From NCBI GenBank assembly GCA_965219995.1, contig CBDCOX010000002.1, forward strand, positions 5,216,001 to 5,280,000: 64,000 nucleotides of DNA, given 5' to 3'. The stretch is from Candidatus Latescibacterota bacterium. GTDB taxonomy: Bacteria; Latescibacterota; UBA2968; GCA-2709665. The notes under the pieces are model-generated. The model was not told the origin of the DNA, searched no databases, and saw only the letters and a list, made by a program, of their open reading frames with translations. Below, one piece after another: positions 18,225 through 27,586 of the stretch. How positions within the stretch are numbered: position 1 is the first letter of the stretch; each line of letters opens with the position of its first letter. Made by a program: the position numbers and the translations under genes.

Positions 18225-18698
18225 CTACAGCGCCTGGTTCCCGAGGTCGTCGGCGATCTCTTCCGGCGTGACGCGGGGTTCGTAGCGGGCCAGGACCTCG
18301 CCGTCCGGACCGACCAGGAACTTCGTGAAGTTCCACGTGACGTCCGGCTTGCCCTTGGGATTCGCCTTTCGCGACGTCAGGTAGCGATACAGTTCGCACG
18401 CCCGCTTGCCCCTGACCCTCACCCGCTCGAAGATCGGGAAGGTCGCGTCGTAGCGGGACCGGGCGAACTCGAGAATCTCCTCGTGAGTGCCCGGTTCCTG
18501 TCCGCCGAACTGGTTGCACGGGAAGCCGAGCACCGTCACGTTGCCGTCTTCATGCAGGGTACGCAGACCTGCGTACTGGTGCGTGTGGCCTCACTGGCTG
18601 GCGAGGTTGACGACCAGGCAGGCCGCTCCCTTGTACCGTTCGAAAGACACCGGCTCGCCGGTGATGGCGTTCATGGTGAGGTCGTGGAACTCGGACAT
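18225..18698 (-). CDS. Selenocysteine-containing glutathione peroxidase (157 aa, Sec36)
   Basis: MSEFHDLTMNAITGEPVSFERYKGAACLVVNLASQ-TGA-GHTHQY...LGFPCNQFGGQE...WNFTKFL. TGA at 18591-18593 sits at the peroxidatic Cys position. SD AGGAGAG. Confidence 0.9.
18559..18593 (-). promoter_or_regulatory. Bacterial SECIS element
   Basis: mRNA UGA-GGCCACACGCACCA-GUACGCA-GGUC-UGCGUAC: perfect stem with a G/U apical loop about 21 nt after UGA. Confidence 0.82.
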
Positions 18699-18791
18699 CG
18701 TGGCTCTCCTGTGTGGCGGGTCCGTCGCCGGCGCCGACAACCGTAGTGAAACAATCTATGATTTTCCGCTCCTCTCGGCTCGAGAACCAAC

Positions 18792-20243
18792 TTGAGATTT
18801 CGCGTGGTCCGTACCGGCGTCATCGCCGGCGCACTGCTGGTCGGTTGCGATGGCGGGCGTCAACCAGCCGAAGCGGAGCGGATCGACGCGCCGGAAACCG
18901 TTCGGCTGGCGGTCGGCGAACCCGTCCGCATCGGCTCGGGCACCTCTCCGCTGGACGGCGACTGCGGGAAGCTGAGCGACGGCTACACCTACCCGGACGA
19001 CACCGAGACGGACCCGCGCCTCGCGATATCGCGGACCGATCCCGCACGCGTCGCGGTGGCCTTCATGCGCGACCCGGTGCTCGCCATCTCGGCCGCGGCT
19101 TCGGAGGACGGCGGCGCGACCTGGCGGGAAGCGGAGCCCCCCGGCCTGTCGCCCTGCACCGGGACGTCCTACAACAGCTACGGCGACCAGGACCTCGCCG
19201 TCGGCGTCGACGACCGCCTCTATCTCGTATCGGTCCAGGGCGATTTCACGCCGGAAGGACAGCCGCTGGTGCTGGGCACGGAGTTCTGGATGAACAGCGC
19301 CGTGACGGTATCGACCTCCACGGACTTCGGCCGTACCTGGTCGGAGCCCGCGGTCGTATCGCCCCTTGGGGAATACCAGCACACGACCGTGGTCGCCACG
19401 GATCCCGGGCGGCCCGGCATCGCGCACGTCGCCTGGCACGTGCACCGGAACCCGAGCCAGCCCCAGGGCACGGCGTCCCACCTGGAGGACGGCCGGGTGT
19501 ACATGGCGACGACCGCGGACGGCGGCGCGTCCTGGAGCGAACCGGAGACCGTCATGCCGGCGAGGGGTGCGCTGGACCTCCTGTCCTTCGAAGACGGCGA
19601 ACTGCTGGCGGTGGCGCTGGTCGGCGAAGATCCAACCACGGCCGCCATGGCCGTGAGCCGCCGGTCGGACGCCGGCTGGAGCGAAGCGAAGGCCCTGCCC
19701 CTGCAATCGAACACGTCGGCGTTCCTGCATCCGGAAGGCGAGATGGTGCTCGCCATCGACATGCCGGTCTCCCTGGGCCCAGACGGCACGCTCCACCAGG
19801 TCGCGTCGACCTACGACCCGGCTACCAACCGAGGCAGCGTGGCCGTCGCGAGGTCCCATGACCGCGGCGCGTCCTGGAGCGCTCCGACGACGGTGGCCGA
19901 CATCGAGGGGCCGGCCTGGAACGCGGCCATCGGCGCCGCGCCGGACGGGGCTCTCGGCGTGTTCTGGTACGACGCCCGGGAAGACGTGCCGGGCGACGCC
20001 GCCATCTCTACCCGGGCGCGCTTTGCCGTATCGCTCGACGGCGAGTCCTGGATGGAGACCGCGCTGTCGGAGCCGTTCGATCTCGCCCTGGCGCCCCGGC
20101 CGCATGTCCTCCTCTATCTCGGCAACTACTTCGAGGTCAAACCGGCCGGGCCGGGGGCCTTCGGCGTCGCTTTCGCGGTTGCCCCGCCACTGTCCGCGGG
20201 CGCCGCCGACCTGCACTACGTCAACGTCGCCTATCGCCCGTAG
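18792..20243 (+). CDS. Asp-box (BNR) beta-propeller lipoprotein, sialidase-like
   Basis: Lipobox LVGC; repeats SEDGGATW, STDFGRTW, TADGGASW, SHDRGASW, SLDGESW. Confidence 0.78.
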   Translation: MRFRVVRTGVIAGALLVGCDGGRQPAEAERIDAPETVRLAVGEPVRIGSGTSPLDGDCGKLSDGYTYPDDTETDPRLAISRTDPARVAVAFMRDPVLAISAAASEDGGATWREAEPPGLSPCTGTSYNSYGDQDLAVGVDDRLYLVSVQGDFTPEGQPLVLGTEFWMNSAVTVSTSTDFGRTWSEPAVVSPLGEYQHTTVVATDPGRPGIAHVAWHVHRNPSQPQGTASHLEDGRVYMATTADGGASWSEPETVMPARGALDLLSFEDGELLAVALVGEDPTTAAMAVSRRSDAGWSEAKALPLQSNTSAFLHPEGEMVLAIDMPVSLGPDGTLHQVASTYDPATNRGSVAVARSHDRGASWSAPTTVADIEGPAWNAAIGAAPDGALGVFWYDAREDVPGDAAISTRARFAVSLDGESWMETALSEPFDLALAPRPHVLLYLGNYFEVKPAGPGAFGVAFAVAPPLSAGAADLHYVNVAYRP

Positions 20244-20251
20244 CGCCCCGG

Positions 20252-21376
20252 ATGCTGATTTCCCCCGACAACCATCTCGGGCTCATGGCCCTGCTCTTCG
20301 CCATCGTCGGCGTCTGCTGCTGGTCCGAACGCTTCGCCTGGGGGAGCCGAGCTTCCGCGCCCGTGCTGGTCATCCTGCTGGCTCTCGTGCTCTCGAACCT
20401 GGGACTGATCCCGCGGGAGGCGCCGAGCTACGCCTTCGTCTCCGAGTACTTCGTGATGGCCGCCATCCCCCTGCTGCTGTTCAAGGCGGACCTGCGCCTG
20501 ATTTTCGCCGAGACCGGACGCCTGCTCTTCGCGTTCCTCCTCGCCGCTGGCGGCACGGTGCTCGGTGTCGTCACGGCCTTCTTCCTGGTGCCCGTGGGCG
20601 ACGTGGCACCCCAAGCCGCGGCGGCCATCACCGGAGGCTATACCGGGGGCGGCATGAACTTCGTCGCCGTCTCGAAGGTGGTGGGGCTCGAGGACCCGAC
20701 CCGCTTCGCCGTGGTGCTCGGGGCGGAGGCGAGCGTGGGACTGGCGTACCTGATGCTGCTCTCGGCGATGCCGGCCTTCGCCTGGTTCGCCCGTTGGGAT
20801 GCGTCCGCCGCCCCGGCGCGGCCGGCGGAAGAACCGGGACCGCAACAGGTCACCGACGGACCCGACCTGACCCACATGGGGCTGGGGCTCGGGCTGAGCC
20901 TGACCGTCTGCGCGGTGGGCACGTGGCTCGCGAACCTGGCCGGACAGCCGCGCTTCGCCATCCTCGCCATCACGCTCATCGCCATCGCCGCCGCCAACCT
21001 GGCCCGCCGCCGGATGCAGACGCTGAAGGGGGACTTCACGCTGGGGATGCTGCTGCTCTACGTCTTCTTCGGCGTGTTCGGCGCGGGCGTCGACCTGGTG
21101 TCCATGCTGCGCCAGGCGCCGCTGCTGATGCTCTTCGCCTTCGTGATCATCGCGGTGCATGCGACCGTCGCCTTTGGGCTCGGTCGCCTGTTCGGCTTCA
21201 GCGCGCGGGAGCTGGCCGTGGCCTCCAACGCCTGCGTGCTCGGGCCTCCGACGGCGGCGGCGCTCGCGGCGCGCTCCGGGTGGCACAAACTGGTCACGCC
21301 GGGCATCCTGTGCGGCATCTTCGGGTACCTGATCGGCAACTTCCTCGGCGCGGGGGTGTTCGAGCTGTTGCGGTAA
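20252..21376 (+). CDS. DUF819-family membrane protein
   Basis: AIPLLLFKADL, YTGGGMNF, ASNACVLGP.TA, GYLIGN. Confidence 0.82.
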   Translation: MLISPDNHLGLMALLFAIVGVCCWSERFAWGSRASAPVLVILLALVLSNLGLIPREAPSYAFVSEYFVMAAIPLLLFKADLRLIFAETGRLLFAFLLAAGGTVLGVVTAFFLVPVGDVAPQAAAAITGGYTGGGMNFVAVSKVVGLEDPTRFAVVLGAEASVGLAYLMLLSAMPAFAWFARWDASAAPARPAEEPGPQQVTDGPDLTHMGLGLGLSLTVCAVGTWLANLAGQPRFAILAITLIAIAAANLARRRMQTLKGDFTLGMLLLYVFFGVFGAGVDLVSMLRQAPLLMLFAFVIIAVHATVAFGLGRLFGFSARELAVASNACVLGPPTAAALAARSGWHKLVTPGILCGIFGYLIGNFLGAGVFELLR

Positions 21377-21409
21377 AGCGTCGCTCGCCGTCACGCGGCT
21401 GGACTATGG

Positions 21410-21964
21410 CTACGCCCGACGGACGGAAAGGACCTGTCGCGCACGCGCCGCGTCGGCGGCTTCCATGGTTGACCGAGTGCGTACGAACTGATCCGGAAAG
21501 AGCTCGTCGAATTCCATCCCATAGCCGTCATCGATGATGACGAAGCGTTCGACTTCCGGGTGCGCGTCCAGATAGTCCTTCACTTCCCCCGCCCGGTAGT
21601 GCGGGGCGCTTCCGCTCTCGCCGGTCTTGTCGGTGACGTAGCGATGAAGGTCGTGAATGCGGAAGTACGCCTGGAGCGTTTCGACGGACTTTCCCCTGCG
21701 CCAATCCGAGCTGACCACGATCTCGGCGCCGAAGTCCTCGCACAACGCTCTCAGCCGTTCGACGGCATCCTTGTCCCAGTCATGGTAGATGGCTCCGAGG
21801 TCGTACTTGTCGAAATCGAGATACGCCGCATCGTCGAGGTCGTCGGCCAGACTCCGTCGCAACTCCTCCAGATCATCCTTGAAACGCTTCTGGCTTGACG
21901 AACTCTGAAGGACGCCGTCGATGTCCAGGAAGATCGCCGTCCGGCGAGGTGCTTCGTTTTGCAT
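21410..21964 (-). CDS. HAD-superfamily phosphatase, 'Swiss Army Knife' RNA-repair-like
   Basis: FLDIDGVL, IVVSSDWR, FVIIDD; only the last 184 aa of ORF 21410..25783. Confidence 0.8.
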   Translation of the reverse strand: MQNEAPRRTAIFLDIDGVLQSSSSQKRFKDDLEELRRSLADDLDDAAYLDFDKYDLGAIYHDWDKDAVERLRALCEDFGAEIVVSSDWRRGKSVETLQAYFRIHDLHRYVTDKTGESGSAPHYRAGEVKDYLDAHPEVERFVIIDDGYGMEFDELFPDQFVRTRSTMEAADAARARQVLSVRRA

Positions 21965-22138
21965 TTTCTCCGAAGCCGCCGTCGTCTCGGCGGCATGCTT
22001 CCGGGGCGCTATCGTCTCCTCCCGATTGCATATTCGTCGATGCAGGACATCTTGTCGACGTAGTTTGTGGTCGCCGCCGCCGGCCTGCGTCCTTGCCTGC
22101 AACGTCCCCCGAACAGTTCCACGGGAGCCCGAACCGCC

Positions 22139-23797
22139 ATGCATCGCCGCGACCTGCTGACTTCCACCCTGGCCGGTGCGGCCGCCCTCGCGTTCGCGCC
22201 CCGCGCGTTCGCCGGGGGCTCGCGCGACTGGGCGGCCCTCGCCCGCCAGGACCGGAAACCCATCCAGCCCGATCTCGCCAACGTTTATGCCACGGGCAGC
22301 CGCGTCATGGCGTCGAGCGACCATCCGTACGCCACGGAGGCGGCGTTGTGGGCCCTCGAGCGCGGCGGTACGGCGGCCGATGCGTACATGACGGCGGCGA
22401 TCGCCCAATGCGTGCTGGAACCGACCATGACGACGCTCGGCGGGGGCTTCGGCATGGCGTTCTGGGACGCGGGAAGCGGAGAACTCAAGCAGGGGGGCGG
22501 CGCCTTCGCCTTCCCGAGCGGCGCCCCCGCCACGGAACCCTACGACGAGCAGAGGTCCTGGACGGGCTGGGGCGCCATGGTGCCCGGCTTCGTGCGGGGG
22601 CTCGGGGTCTGCCACGAGGCTTGGGGCAAGCTGCCCTGGAAGGACCTCTTCGAACCCGCCATCGTCTTCGCACGCGACGGCTTCGTCATCGACCACCTGC
22701 TGTGGGGCTACGCCAAGGCGACCCGCAAGATGATCGGCCGCTTCCCCGGACCCGGGCGCGAGGACTGGTTCCGGGACGGCTACATGCTCGGCGTCGGCGA
22801 CATCCTCAGGCAGCCCGCGCACGCGGCGACCCTCGAGGCGCTGCGCGACGAAGGGCCGGACTACTTCTACACCGGACCGTTCGCCCGGGAACTCGCGGAG
22901 GAGGTCCAGCGGCGCGGCGGCGGCATCACCGTCGACGACCTGAAGAACTTCGACCAGGCGTTGATTTCGCCGCCCTGGAAGCCCGGCGAAGCGGGCGGCA
23001 CGCCGTACCGGGGGATGGAGGTAGCGCCGGTCTCGGGCGCCCTGTTCCAGCTCGGTCTGCGCGTCTTCGAGGCCGCGGACCTCGGTGGCATGGGCCGCCC
23101 GACCGACTCCGTCGAGGCCCTGCACACCCAGGTGCGCCTGGCCCAGGAACTCTGGATCCGCGGCCGGGACATCACGCCGGACAACCAGGCCGAGTGGGTC
23201 TCCGAAGCGCACGCCGCCGAGGTGCTGGAGGCGATCCGCAATGCGCCGTCGCGTCCGTTCCGCGGTTTCTCGGCCGCGACCTGCGGGCTGACCATCGTCG
23301 ACGCCGCGGGCAACGTGGCCGCCGGCACCCATTCGAGCTCTTCCGAGCCGTTCGGCACCGGCATCAACGTCGGCGGCGTCATCCTCAACCGCGCCACCTT
23401 CATCCGCAAGTTCACGGACATGCCCAAGGGGTTCTCGACCCAGCTCTGGCTGTTCCGGGACGGCAAGCCCGCGCTGGCCATGGCCACCCCGAGCCGTTCG
23501 CTCATGGAATGCCTGCTCCAGGGCGCGGCGAACGTCGTCGAGTACGACATGTCCCTCACGGACGCCGTGTCCGCGCCCCGGTTCGGCCATCCGCATCCGG
23601 GCATGACCGCCATCGAGATCGAAGGGGATTTCCGCGAGGAGGTGCTGACCGCGCTGGCGGCCAGGGGGCACGATCTCTACCGCGTCTCTCCCAAGGACGT
23701 CAACATGGGGAGCATCCACGGCGTGCGCCTGGCCGAAGACGGCCTGATCGAGGGAGTCGCAGACCCCCGGAGACGGGGTCTCGCCAAGGGCGCCTGA
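22139..23797 (+). CDS. Tat-exported gamma-glutamyltransferase-fold Ntn hydrolase (Thr type)
   Basis: MHRRDLL Tat signal; GGTAADA, LGGGF, VPG, GKLPW, T-CGLTIVDAAGN, ADPRR. Confidence 0.85.
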   Translation: MHRRDLLTSTLAGAAALAFAPRAFAGGSRDWAALARQDRKPIQPDLANVYATGSRVMASSDHPYATEAALWALERGGTAADAYMTAAIAQCVLEPTMTTLGGGFGMAFWDAGSGELKQGGGAFAFPSGAPATEPYDEQRSWTGWGAMVPGFVRGLGVCHEAWGKLPWKDLFEPAIVFARDGFVIDHLLWGYAKATRKMIGRFPGPGREDWFRDGYMLGVGDILRQPAHAATLEALRDEGPDYFYTGPFARELAEEVQRRGGGITVDDLKNFDQALISPPWKPGEAGGTPYRGMEVAPVSGALFQLGLRVFEAADLGGMGRPTDSVEALHTQVRLAQELWIRGRDITPDNQAEWVSEAHAAEVLEAIRNAPSRPFRGFSAATCGLTIVDAAGNVAAGTHSSSSEPFGTGINVGGVILNRATFIRKFTDMPKGFSTQLWLFRDGKPALAMATPSRSLMECLLQGAANVVEYDMSLTDAVSAPRFGHPHPGMTAIEIEGDFREEVLTALAARGHDLYRVSPKDVNMGSIHGVRLAEDGLIEGVADPRRRGLAKGA

Positions 23798-23823
23798 ACC
23801 CGCGGGCACAGGCGGCGCCAGTC

Positions 23824-25668
23824 TCAATATGCGAACGCGCGGCCGTTCGTGTAGGCGTGAGACGCGGCCATCAGGTCGCCGGTGTCCGGGTCCCGGCTGA
23901 TCCCGGCCCAGAGACCCTGGGTGTAGCGGCGCTGTTCGGCGGGCAACCGTTCCACCGGCAGGCCGCTGGCCTCGAGGACCGCGTCGCCGAACTCCCCTTC
24001 CATGACCCGGACCACCCACTTGGGCACGGCCTGGTCGGACGACGGGTCGAGGACGGGTCTCGGCAGGAAGAACGCCGGGGCGTCCACCGCGTCCTTCACG
24101 TTCATGCCGAAGTGAATCGTGCCGAACAATGACTGGAACGTCTGCTGGTGCAGGCCCGTGGCCATGGAGGCGAACGCGACCGCCGGGTGCCCGTCCCGGG
24201 TGAGGATACCCACTTCGATCGGGTCCGCCACCCGGCCGCCGGGCCCGGCCGCCGCCACCGCGGCTTTCTGGTTGACCGCGGGGTCGCCGATGGACACCCC
24301 GTCGACGATGATGGCCGTGGCGCCCCACACGACGCAGTTGATGGAGTGGGTGACGGCGGTCATGTTGCCCCACCGGTCGACCGCGATCACGGTGTCCGAG
24401 TGGGACGGGGGCGCTTCCGCGTACTGGGCCGGCATCGCGCCGGCCTCCATGCGCGACCAGAGGGCGTCCGCGGTCTCCGGCCGAATGCGGCTCGCGTCGG
24501 TGAGGTCGAGCCCCGGATAGAGCTGTTCCCGGGTCTCCGGCGGCAGTATCGACAGCATCATGTTGAACGTCAGGTTCGATGCGCGCCGCAGGGACTCGCC
24601 GTTCGTCGACCAGTGCCCGAGGGACGCGATGCCCGCCGCGTCCCCGAGGTGCAGCGCCTCGATCATGTTCACGCCCCCGAAGGACGGCAGGCCGTTGGCG
24701 TGGATCCGGTACTCCCCCACGTCCGCCTCCAGCGGCGGGACCCACATCACCTCGTAGGCCGCGAGGTCCTCCAACGACATGGTGCCGCCGTCCGCCTGCA
24801 CCGCCGCCACGGCCCGTTCCGCCCAAGGGCCCGTGTACATGTAGTCGGCGCCCTGCTCGGCGATGGCCTCGAGGGTGCGCGCCACGCCCGGCTGGCGGAA
24901 CACCTGCCCTTCCTCGATCCACGCGCCGTCCGGATTCGTGAACACGGCCTTCGACTCCGGCAGGCGCGAAAGCGCGTGCTTGCGCGGCTCGAGGAAGCTG
25001 ACCAGGCGCGAGTTGAACGGGATCCCCGCCGCGGCAACGTGGATCGCCGGGGCGAAGAGGTGCCGGAAGTCCAGCTTGCCGTAGCGGCGGTGCGCCGCCT
25101 CCACGGCCCGCATGAAGCCGCCCACCAGCGCGGTGCGCCCGCTCGGTTCGTCGGAGCCGTACATTTCCTCTTCCGAACCCATGCCGATCGTGCCGGGAAT
25201 CGACATCGGATCGTCGTCGCCGAGCACCGCGTTCCAGCCCGCGTTGAGCGAGACGATCTCGTCGGCCGCGGCGTCGTAATGCACCATGGTCATGATGCCG
25301 AAGTAGCTGATCACCGCGCCGGCGCCGAGGGCCACCTGGGTGAGCGCGGTGGTCATGGCGGCATCGACCGACGAACCGCCCTGGCGCAGCGCCTCCAGCC
25401 CCGCGCGCTGGGCGAGGGGGTGGTAGCTGCCCGTCACCGCGCCCTGCCGGCCCTCCGCCACGGGATTGCCCGGGAAGGCGACGTCCTCCAGCGCCAGGTA
25501 GGCTTCCCATTCCCCCGCGGGCCAGCCGGCCGGAGACAGGTCGACCGCCGGCGCTTCGGACCCGGCCACGTCCGGCGCCCCGGGCGCGCTCGCTTCCTCC
25601 GCGCAACCGCCGGTCACCGCGGCAACGAGCACGGCCGGGACGAGACGCAGAAACGCGCCCCGCGTCAT
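23824..25668 (-). CDS. GGT-fold Ntn hydrolase lipoprotein (Ser at the nucleophile position)
   Basis: Lipobox-like TGGC; [33 protein letters not shown] overlaps the upstream stop. Confidence 0.85.
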   Translation of the reverse strand: MTRGAFLRLVPAVLVAAVTGGCAEEASAPGAPDVAGSEAPAVDLSPAGWPAGEWEAYLALEDVAFPGNPVAEGRQGAVTGSYHPLAQRAGLEALRQGGSSVDAAMTTALTQVALGAGAVISYFGIMTMVHYDAAADEIVSLNAGWNAVLGDDDPMSIPGTIGMGSEEEMYGSDEPSGRTALVGGFMRAVEAAHRRYGKLDFRHLFAPAIHVAAAGIPFNSRLVSFLEPRKHALSRLPESKAVFTNPDGAWIEEGQVFRQPGVARTLEAIAEQGADYMYTGPWAERAVAAVQADGGTMSLEDLAAYEVMWVPPLEADVGEYRIHANGLPSFGGVNMIEALHLGDAAGIASLGHWSTNGESLRRASNLTFNMMLSILPPETREQLYPGLDLTDASRIRPETADALWSRMEAGAMPAQYAEAPPSHSDTVIAVDRWGNMTAVTHSINCVVWGATAIIVDGVSIGDPAVNQKAAVAAAGPGGRVADPIEVGILTRDGHPAVAFASMATGLHQQTFQSLFGTIHFGMNVKDAVDAPAFFLPRPVLDPSSDQAVPKWVVRVMEGEFGDAVLEASGLPVERLPAEQRRYTQGLWAGISRDPDTGDLMAASHAYTNGRAFAY

Positions 25669-26810
25669 CCGCACACCTCGGCGAACACGCGCAGGAAGTT
25701 CTCGCCGAGGATGCCCCGCACCGCCTCGTCCGGGTATCCCCGCGCCACCAGGCCGCGGGTGAAGTTGACGAAGTCCCGCGCATCGTCGTAGCCGACCAGG
25801 TTCTGGCGGATCGTGATGCCGTGCTCGGGGCGGAACCCCAACTCCTCGGTGTTGCGGCCGATGGTGTCCTCCGCGATCCCGTGGCTGAGCATGAAGGGCC
25901 AGTCGGTGCCGATGCCGACGTGTTGCCAGCCGACCACGCCGACGATGTAGTCGATGTGATCGAGCATGACGTCCACGGTCGCCCCGGCTTCCGGCGGCGC
26001 CAGGAAGAAGGGCACCGCGTAGACGCCGATCAGCCCGCCGGTGTCGGCAATGGCCTTCAGTTCCTCGTCGGACTTGGCCCGGTCGTGCAGGTAGACGCCC
26101 TCGGCGCTCGTGTGGTTCGCCGTGACCGGCGCCCGGGAGAACGCGCAGGCATCGAGGGTCGTCTGCCGGCTGCAATGCGAGGTGTCGACGATGAGGCCGA
26201 TGTCGTTCATCTTCTGGACGACCTCGATGCCGTAGTTGCTGAGGCCCGCGTTGGTCCGGTCCGTGCAGCCTGAGCCGACGAAATCCTGGCGGTTGTAGGT
26301 GAGCATCACCGATCGGGTGCCGAGCGCCCTGGCCCGGTCGAACTGTTCGAGTTCCCGGGGCAGGCCCTCCAGGCCGGGCTGGGCGAACCCGTAGGTGACG
26401 TACTCGCCCGCCGCGTGGGCCGTGCGGAAGTCCGCGGCCGTGTCGGCGAAATCCATCCAGGGAATGGACCGCACCTGCTCGTTCAGCCGCTCGAGCGGTT
26501 CCAGCGAACGCTCGCTGACGCCGCCCATGGCGAAGCTCGCCGCGCTGTGGCCCTTGCAGAAGACCTGCAGCGCATCCGAACCTCCCTCCGCCGTCAGGGC
26601 ATAGGGCAGTTCCATGCCGTCGAGAAACCGCTGCCAGGGGTTCATGTCCGCCGGCAGGCGCTCCTCGACCACGTCGCCCGGCAACCGGTCGTAGAGGGCG
26701 GGCCCTCCCGGCCCCATGCTGCACATGTCGATGCTGATGCTCGTGCGGTGCAACTCGGCGGCGTGCCGCTCCCGCTCCGCGTTCAGACCCAGTTCGTAGT
26801 CTCCGGACAC
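25665..26810 (-). CDS. Membrane dipeptidase (peptidase M19)-family protein
   Basis: [42 protein letters not shown]. Confidence 0.85.
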   Translation of the reverse strand: MSGDYELGLNAERERHAAELHRTSISIDMCSMGPGGPALYDRLPGDVVEERLPADMNPWQRFLDGMELPYALTAEGGSDALQVFCKGHSAASFAMGGVSERSLEPLERLNEQVRSIPWMDFADTAADFRTAHAAGEYVTYGFAQPGLEGLPRELEQFDRARALGTRSVMLTYNRQDFVGSGCTDRTNAGLSNYGIEVVQKMNDIGLIVDTSHCSRQTTLDACAFSRAPVTANHTSAEGVYLHDRAKSDEELKAIADTGGLIGVYAVPFFLAPPEAGATVDVMLDHIDYIVGVVGWQHVGIGTDWPFMLSHGIAEDTIGRNTEELGFRPEHGITIRQNLVGYDDARDFVNFTRGLVARGYPDEAVRGILGENFLRVFAEVCG

Positions 26811-26862
26811 GTCGGCTCTCCTCAGGCTGGAACGTTCGGCCGCGCGCGCTCTGCCCCGGCCA

Positions 26863-27399
26863 TCACAGGCGCGCCTCCCGCAGTTCCGCGAGGACGCTGG
26901 AAATGTACTTCTCGACCATGCTCACCGAGACGCCCATCCGGACGGCGATGTCCGCGTACGAGCACCCTTCGACACGATGGCACAGGAACGCGCTCGCGGC
27001 CTTGTCGCTGACCTGGGTCAGGGCGCGGTCGAGTTGCTCGAGCTGCTCGATCTGTTCCGTCCAGAGCGAGGGATCGTGCTCTTCCATGTCCTTGAGATCG
27101 CCGAATCCGTCGAGGGAGTCGGTCCGGTCGAGCCGCCGCGCCGCGCGGCGACGCCACCGGTCACGCAGCAGGTTCGCCGCCGCCGAGAACAGGAAGCCCT
27201 TGCAGTTCGTGGGCGGGGCCCGGTCCACCTGGCGAATCAGCCGAACGTACAGTTCCTGCAGCAGGTCCTCGGCCTCCGACTCGCTGACGGTACGCTGGAA
27301 GAACGTGCGCAACTGGCGATGGTAAGTGGCGTAGCTGTCGGAAACGTAGTCGTTGCGTGCCGACGGCGCTGCCGTGGCGGCGGTTGCGAGACCGTGCAC
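26863..27399 (-). CDS. ECF sigma factor (FecI-like)
   Basis: [44 protein letters not shown]. Confidence 0.85.
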   Translation of the reverse strand: MHGLATAATAAPSARNDYVSDSYATYHRQLRTFFQRTVSESEAEDLLQELYVRLIRQVDRAPPTNCKGFLFSAAANLLRDRWRRRAARRLDRTDSLDGFGDLKDMEEHDPSLWTEQIEQLEQLDRALTQVSDKAASAFLCHRVEGCSYADIAVRMGVSVSMVEKYISSVLAELREARL

Positions 27400-27586
27400 A
27401 ACGCCCTCCCCCCGTGAGCTTGTGACTCCCTAAACATACGGCAATGTACGGAAACAGTACAGGGCTGTATGGAAGCGTGCAAATGCCCGCGCCCGGGGGC
27501 TGGCGGAGCGGTGCGCCATGACTCGACTCGGGCTGTGGAAACCGGCGGGCCATGCGTCCTAGAGCCGGCAATTCGGAGGGTGACGC

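Noticed and set aside
18225-18698. Glutathione peroxidase as a nonsense pseudogene
   Set aside because: The stop is exactly at the catalytic residue, is followed by a SECIS-like hairpin, and the rest of the gene is intact.
21410-25783. 1457-aa ORF that looks like a giant protein
   Set aside because: Only the last 184 aa (HAD domain) are protein-like; the rest overlaps two GGT genes off-frame or antisense.
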